DNA of 23,261 nt from an uncultured Nitrososphaerales archaeon (lineage in GTDB: Archaea; Thermoproteota; Nitrososphaeria; Nitrososphaerales; Nitrososphaeraceae): contig CAVPXM010000078.1 of assembly GCA_963709405.1 (NCBI GenBank), positions 1-23,261 of the forward strand, in the 5' to 3' direction. Shown piece after piece: positions 18,744 through 23,261 of this stretch. The translations under genes and the position numbers were made by a program. The notes below the pieces were generated by a model, which saw nothing but the letters and a program-made list of their open reading frames with translations, was not told the origin of the DNA and searched no databases. Numbering within the stretch: position 1 is the first letter of the stretch; each line of letters opens with the position of its first letter.

Positions 18744-19100
18744 TTGAATATGCCACAATCCAAATCTTATTTCCATTTTCCAGTGAATACTACGATTGAT
18801 GTTAAAGGGATTAGCGATGTCCATGACGTGGTTGACAAGTTGGTCAAATTATATAGAGACTCTAGCTGGCAAGACAAGTTTAGTTGTAGACTTCTGCTCC
18901 CAAAAGGAGACATCAAGACGACTGAACTGAGTAGAAAAATTGGCATGGCGATACAAACTCAATTTCTTTTGGAGCTAAGAAAAAATAAGCTAAAGCCAAA
19001 TATTAAAGAGGTAAGGTACATACATGATGAAAATCATTATGGTTGGGTGCTAGCCAGCCCTTCAATACACGAAGCATTTGAAGGTTCTTCTAGAATTTGA
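18744..19100 (+). CDS. hypothetical protein
   Basis: Intact 118-aa ORF between the two tRNA genes; no motif recognised. Confidence 0.65.
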   Translation: MNMPQSKSYFHFPVNTTIDVKGISDVHDVVDKLVKLYRDSSWQDKFSCRLLLPKGDIKTTELSRKIGMAIQTQFLLELRKNKLKPNIKEVRYIHDENHYGWVLASPSIHEAFEGSSRI

Positions 19101-19199
19101 AATCAAACTGGTGAATTAAATAATTAAAATTTCAAGCTCGCTCGATTATTTCTAAAAGGCGTATTTACTCATATTTCTGAATAGTTTTAGGAATGATGA

Positions 19200-19312
19200 G
19201 GCCTTCGGAGGGATTTGAACCCTCCTCGAGCGGTTTCTTCCAAGAATTTGATGATTAACTATCTCGTCTTGACCACAGCCGCCTATACTAACCAGGCTAT
19301 ACTACGAAGGCC
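19200..19312 (-). tRNA. tRNA-His(GTG) with a 38-nt intron at 37/38 (19235-19272) and encoded G-1
   Basis: Acceptor GCCTTCG/CGAAGGC + C73, G at -1, anticodon arm GGCGG-CT-GTG-G|intron|A-CCGCT, T loop TTCAAAT; BHB-like fold at the splice junctions. Confidence 0.92.
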
Positions 19313-19337
19313 AACCAACAACTTTAGAGATATGACA

Positions 19338-19345
19338 TTATATAA
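19338..19345 (-). promoter_or_regulatory. probable TATA box of tRNA-His
   Basis: TTATATAA about 26-33 nt upstream of the tRNA 5' end. Confidence 0.5.
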
Positions 19346-19452
19346 TCGTTAGAAAAGAGATTGCAAACGGCTTCAGAAATGAGCGTGACAAAGATCATGC
19401 TATTTCCGAGTACGGCGACAATCACAACAACCGTTACGATTCAGTATTTATG

Positions 19453-20272
19453 TCATTTTGAGGGTATAATGCCCAATCTGACTGTTTCTATGTCTGTTTC
19501 TTCCAATTTATCGGCTAGAGCATTAAGCCCTATGGAGTCGCCAGCTAAATGACCCAGGATAATTAGATTTCCATGCAGTTGCTCTTCCTGCATTTTTAGT
19601 AGATCGCTATAGTCGATATGAAGATATATTACAGTGGAAATTCCATGTTGAAAATATACCCTTGCGATAGGAAACCCACCGTTGGTTCCTGCAGGCTAAG
19701 ACTAAAGCCCATCGGCCAACTCTGTTATCCATGCTCCCAAAAACAGCCTCCACTTTGGTATCGACATTCATGAATTCTGAGATAGATTCGACTGAGTTTA
19801 TTACGTCTGAGATGTATTCTGTATTACCTGAAATTATTTGTTCCAATAGCTTCTCTTCGCATAAACTCGTCACACGGTTGATGAATATTGACAAGCGGCA
19901 AGTCCAGCATCTTCTCGGCATGAACAACCTGATCATAAATATTAGCATGAGATTTTATTCTGACTCTTTCCTTCAGCTTGCGTGTAGCATCTGCAGCGAT
20001 ATCATTCGGGATCCCTTTTTCAACCATGTAATCAGTGTGCCGATCAATTACCTTATGGAAATTGAGCAAGGAGATTCCTATTGGATGATGTGCTATCACG
20101 GCATCACAACCAAGATTCTTTGCGAGAACCAATTCTGCTATGCTCACATCTATTGCTATCAGAACCTTGTGAATATTATCCCCTTGAACATGTATATTGC
20201 TGTCTGCAGGTAATTTTTCCAATTTACTAAATTCAGGCTTATATTAACAATATCTTCGGTGTTAATCCCCAA
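19453..20272 (-). CDS. Nif3-like dinuclear metal centre protein (several frameshifts)
   Basis: PADS.IH, VLIAIDV, AVIAHHP, NIHQPCD, (H)AGTNGG, LIILGHLAGDSIGLN read across frames. Confidence 0.82.
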
Positions 20273-20387
20273 GGCAATACGCGTATTTCACGAGTGATTC
20301 CTGAATAAATGCTCTCAAGTGAAACAGTGGCAGAGATCAATTATTTCGGATGATTTTTCAGATTGCTATTGCAAGCTTTAAATTCAA

Positions 20388-21439
20388 ATGAATCTATCAG
20401 AATCTAAAATGAGTTGCTCTGACGAATACATCTCCCATAGCACCGAGGAAAATCTTATTCAGATAACACCACAAATCAAGTCGAAGCTACAGAAAGCAAA
20501 ATACGGGGTTTACAACCATTCGGCAGTGGAGTTATGTCACTGGACAAAGAAATCATTTGCATATGAGGGTGACTGCTATAAACACAAATTTTATGGTATA
20601 TCTACTCACCGGTGTATGGAAATGACACCAGGCTCCGCGATGAATTGCGAAAATCGTTGTGTTTACTGCTGGCGTCCGACAGAGTTCTACGATACCTTAC
20701 AAATGACGCCAGAATTGGTTGACGAACCGGATGTTATAGTGGAGAATTTAATTGAAGCGAGGAGGAAGCTAATTAGCGGGTTTTATGGACATTCCAAAAA
20801 CAGCAAGGAAAAACTCGATGAATCGTTGTTTCCGGCTCATTACGCGATATCACTTTCCGGTGAACCAACGATGTATCCAAAGTGGCTGCAACTGATCAAG
20901 TATTTAAAAACTTTAAGGGCTACTAAATCAATTTTCCTGGTCACTAATGGCCAAGAACCTGAAATGCTCGCTAGACTACAAGATGCGGATGCATTACCAA
21001 CGCAAATATACCTTTCGACAAACGCATCCAACAGAAAGATGTTTTTTGTTATCAACCGACCACGGTACAAGGATGCATGGGAAAGATGGTGGAAGAGTTT
21101 GCACTTCCTTGCTTCGGCGCAAACTAGAACAGTACTACGTATGACATTGATCGGGGATTACAATGATCATTTAGACTTTGTAGAAGAATTTTCGAAAATG
21201 ATGGAAGAAGGTAATCCTCATTTTATAGGCTAAAATCTTACATGAATATAGGAATGTCAACCATGCGGCTTGGACGGAATAACATGATGGAGATGAGCGA
21301 AGTTCGAAACTTTGCTCGCTTGCTCTGTTCGAAATTACGAGGATACTCTATAATGGATGAAAGCGAAATTTCTAGAATTGTTGTAATACAAAATAAAGTA
21401 AGATATACTGATAGATGGATAAAGGGCTACTTTAGTTGA
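20388..21439 (+). CDS. taw1: 4-demethylwyosine synthase TYW1/Taw1 (radical SAM), frameshift near 21228
   Basis: HSAVELCHWTK, CYKHKFYGISTHRCMEMTP, CENRCVYCWR, HYAISLSGEPTMYP, FLVTNGQ, RTVLRMTL; second piece KSYMNIG.S..RL...NM. Confidence 0.93.
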
Positions 21440-21835
21440 ATCATTATATCCAGTTGGAAGTATACAGGTCATTCGAATTACTGTCTTAACCCTCTTAACA
21501 CAAACTGATGACTAATGTTCGGGTTTGGATACGGAACATTAGATCAAGTGTGAAGAGGAACAGAGAAAAAAGAAAGAAAGAAAGAAATAACGACTCTATC
21601 GACACCTAACTTTATAAAACACAATCTGAATTTAGTGATCTGATTTGCTTGTTCATTATAAAGATACACGATATGACTACGCCACGAAAAAGGCGTATGC
21701 ATGTCTCGCACAATATTTCTGACCTAGAAGCGAAATTTGCAGATATGCATGTAAAGTAATTTTTATTCTTAGCCAAATTCTGTTAACAACCGATATTTTT
21801 ATAGTCATTTTTACATGCTACCCAAGGTCAATTAA

Positions 21836-23261
21836 TTGAAGCTTGAGAAATTCATGTTAATGTTAAGCTTTGGGTTAATAATTTTCTCTATTGTATCAAT
21901 AACTGCTGCGAGTGCTCAGCCAGCAACACCTAGCGTGACGATTACTTCTCCCACCAAGGGACAGAAGTTATCGGATGGAATCAAGATTCTAACGATTACA
22001 GGGACTTCCTCAGACAGACCTGACACCAAATGTATCGTTGGGGTTCTTATAAATGACTTTAAACCGTACAAGAACGTTATACCGAGTGGGACAGGTAAAG
22101 GCGCAGAGGATTTCTCTTCTTGGAAATATACCTTTACACCATCTAATACGTCGGTGATAAAAGAAGGAAATAATAGAGTGACATCGAAAATTTCCTGTGT
22201 CAATGCAAAAGATAGCAACGCTCCTGCCGCCCGAATCTGTCAAGTTTTATAGCGTAAATTTCACAGGTGTATCAAATTCATATAAACCGATTGTTCCTTC
22301 AAAAAGTGTCAATTTTGCCCAGATGAAAAAGTCGAAAAATGTTACTCCAGTGCCTACCGTAACCAGTGTTAATAATGGCATAAAAGAGCATAAAAAGATT
22401 GTCGAAACCGCAGTTAACAAGACAGTTAATAATGGTATTGTGGAGCGTAAAAACAGTATTGTGGAGCGTAAAAATAGTATCGAAAATGCACTAAACGTGA
22501 CAAATCAAGGGTCTGCTAGTGAGAAGGGAACTGTGTTCGTTCCTCCATATAATATCAGAATTACTTCGGGGTCATCAATAATAGTAACAACAGTCCTAAC
22601 GTAAGGTACAAATAATCAAACCACAACTATATGGTACCATATCATTCCAGGCAAAGTCGTAATCTCAAATCAAATTCCTGCAAAGCCAAACACTACATTA
22701 ATTCCTCCAAAGCCGACTAGCAGCAACTCGGTAAGTAATCATGTTACAGCTAATACTACTAATATCATTCCAGGCAAAGTCGTAATCTCAAAACAATCTA
22801 CCGCCGAAGCCGTCGCCAAAGGCCTGCATCAATTCCACCAAAACCAACAATTACAATCTCAATCAATAATAGCAATAGTCCAGCAAACAACCAAAATCCA
22901 ACTAGCGCAAATACTCCAAGTAACAATACTAATAACTCAAGTAATAGTATCACCAGCACAATAATTAACGAGCAAAATCAAGGCCAGAATGGCTCAATAC
23001 CTGGGAGTGTACCAAACGGAATAGGTCCCAGTCTAATATTTCCAATGCCTTTCCATGAGTTGGAAAATACGATAATTTGCCGACTCAGCCATCGCCACTT
23101 CAACCGAATCCTTCAAATTCAAAAGTGAATCTCGGAGTCCAGACAAGGCAGCGGCTTACCACCAATCGTCGCTATTAAACAATCAACTTCAGTTGTCAAT
23201 GGGCAAGAACAAGTTACCTTGAATGGAGGGGCTAGTAGATCTCCTAGCGGTTCAATTGTAT
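21836..23261 (+). CDS. secreted protein with an N-terminal Ig-like domain, N/S/T/P-rich linker and the start of a PKD-like domain (frameshifted, runs off the window)
   Basis: Signal peptide; VTITSPTKGQ...ITGTSSD....C.V.V.IND.KPY....DFSSW domain typical of Nitrososphaerales secreted proteins; PPIVA...QEQVTLNGGASRSPSGSIV at the window end. Could be more than one gene. Confidence 0.65.
22435..22480 (+). repeat. 21-bp coding tandem repeat (~2.2 copies; IVERKNS)
   Basis: GTATTGTGGAGCGTAAAAA at 22435 and 22456, partial third copy at 22477. Confidence 0.85.
22639..22792 (+). repeat. 31-bp exact direct repeat, two copies 123 bp apart (IIPGKVVIS)
   Basis: ATATCATTCCAGGCAAAGTCGTAATCTCAAA at 22639-22669 and 22762-22792. 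Confidence 0.85.

Noticed and set aside
21550-21590. (GAAA)n purine tract or small basic ORF after taw1
   Set aside because: Simple-sequence tract with no supporting start context.
22639-22792. 31-bp repeat pair as a CRISPR array
   Set aside because: Only two copies, a 92-bp gap, in-frame within a low-complexity coding region, and no cas genes.

Overview
The window looks like two unrelated archaeal DNAs joined at about 7314, and many genes carry small indel frameshifts, probably from long-read or consensus error. The left part (1-~7314; GC by eye ~50%; GGTGA/GAGGTGA Shine-Dalgarno motifs; Bathyarchaeia-like by inference) holds several unannotated small Zn-finger and basic proteins, a PPC/DUF296 gene, a nucleotidyltransferase-like gene, a secreted repeat protein with a C-terminal zinc ribbon, a divergent DUF92 / prenol-kinase-like pair and a truncated moaE. 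The right part (AT-rich, Nitrososphaerales-like) holds PAC2, a wHTH regulator, a GT2, cofG-cofH, eukaryote-like topoisomerase IB, tRNA-Met, an intron-containing tRNA-His, a Nif3-like gene, taw1 and a secreted Ig/PKD-like protein. The main finding is a 2,535-bp element (15596-18130) bounded by perfect 17-bp IS6-type inverted repeats and an exact 8-bp target-site duplication. It keeps only a 5' stub of the transposase, is otherwise filled with a mosaic of gene fragments (ammonium transporter, tyrosine integrase, SHOCT, Zn finger), and sits just upstream of the tRNA-Met promoter. It is a candidate archaeal Pack-MULE-like gene-fragment shuffling element.
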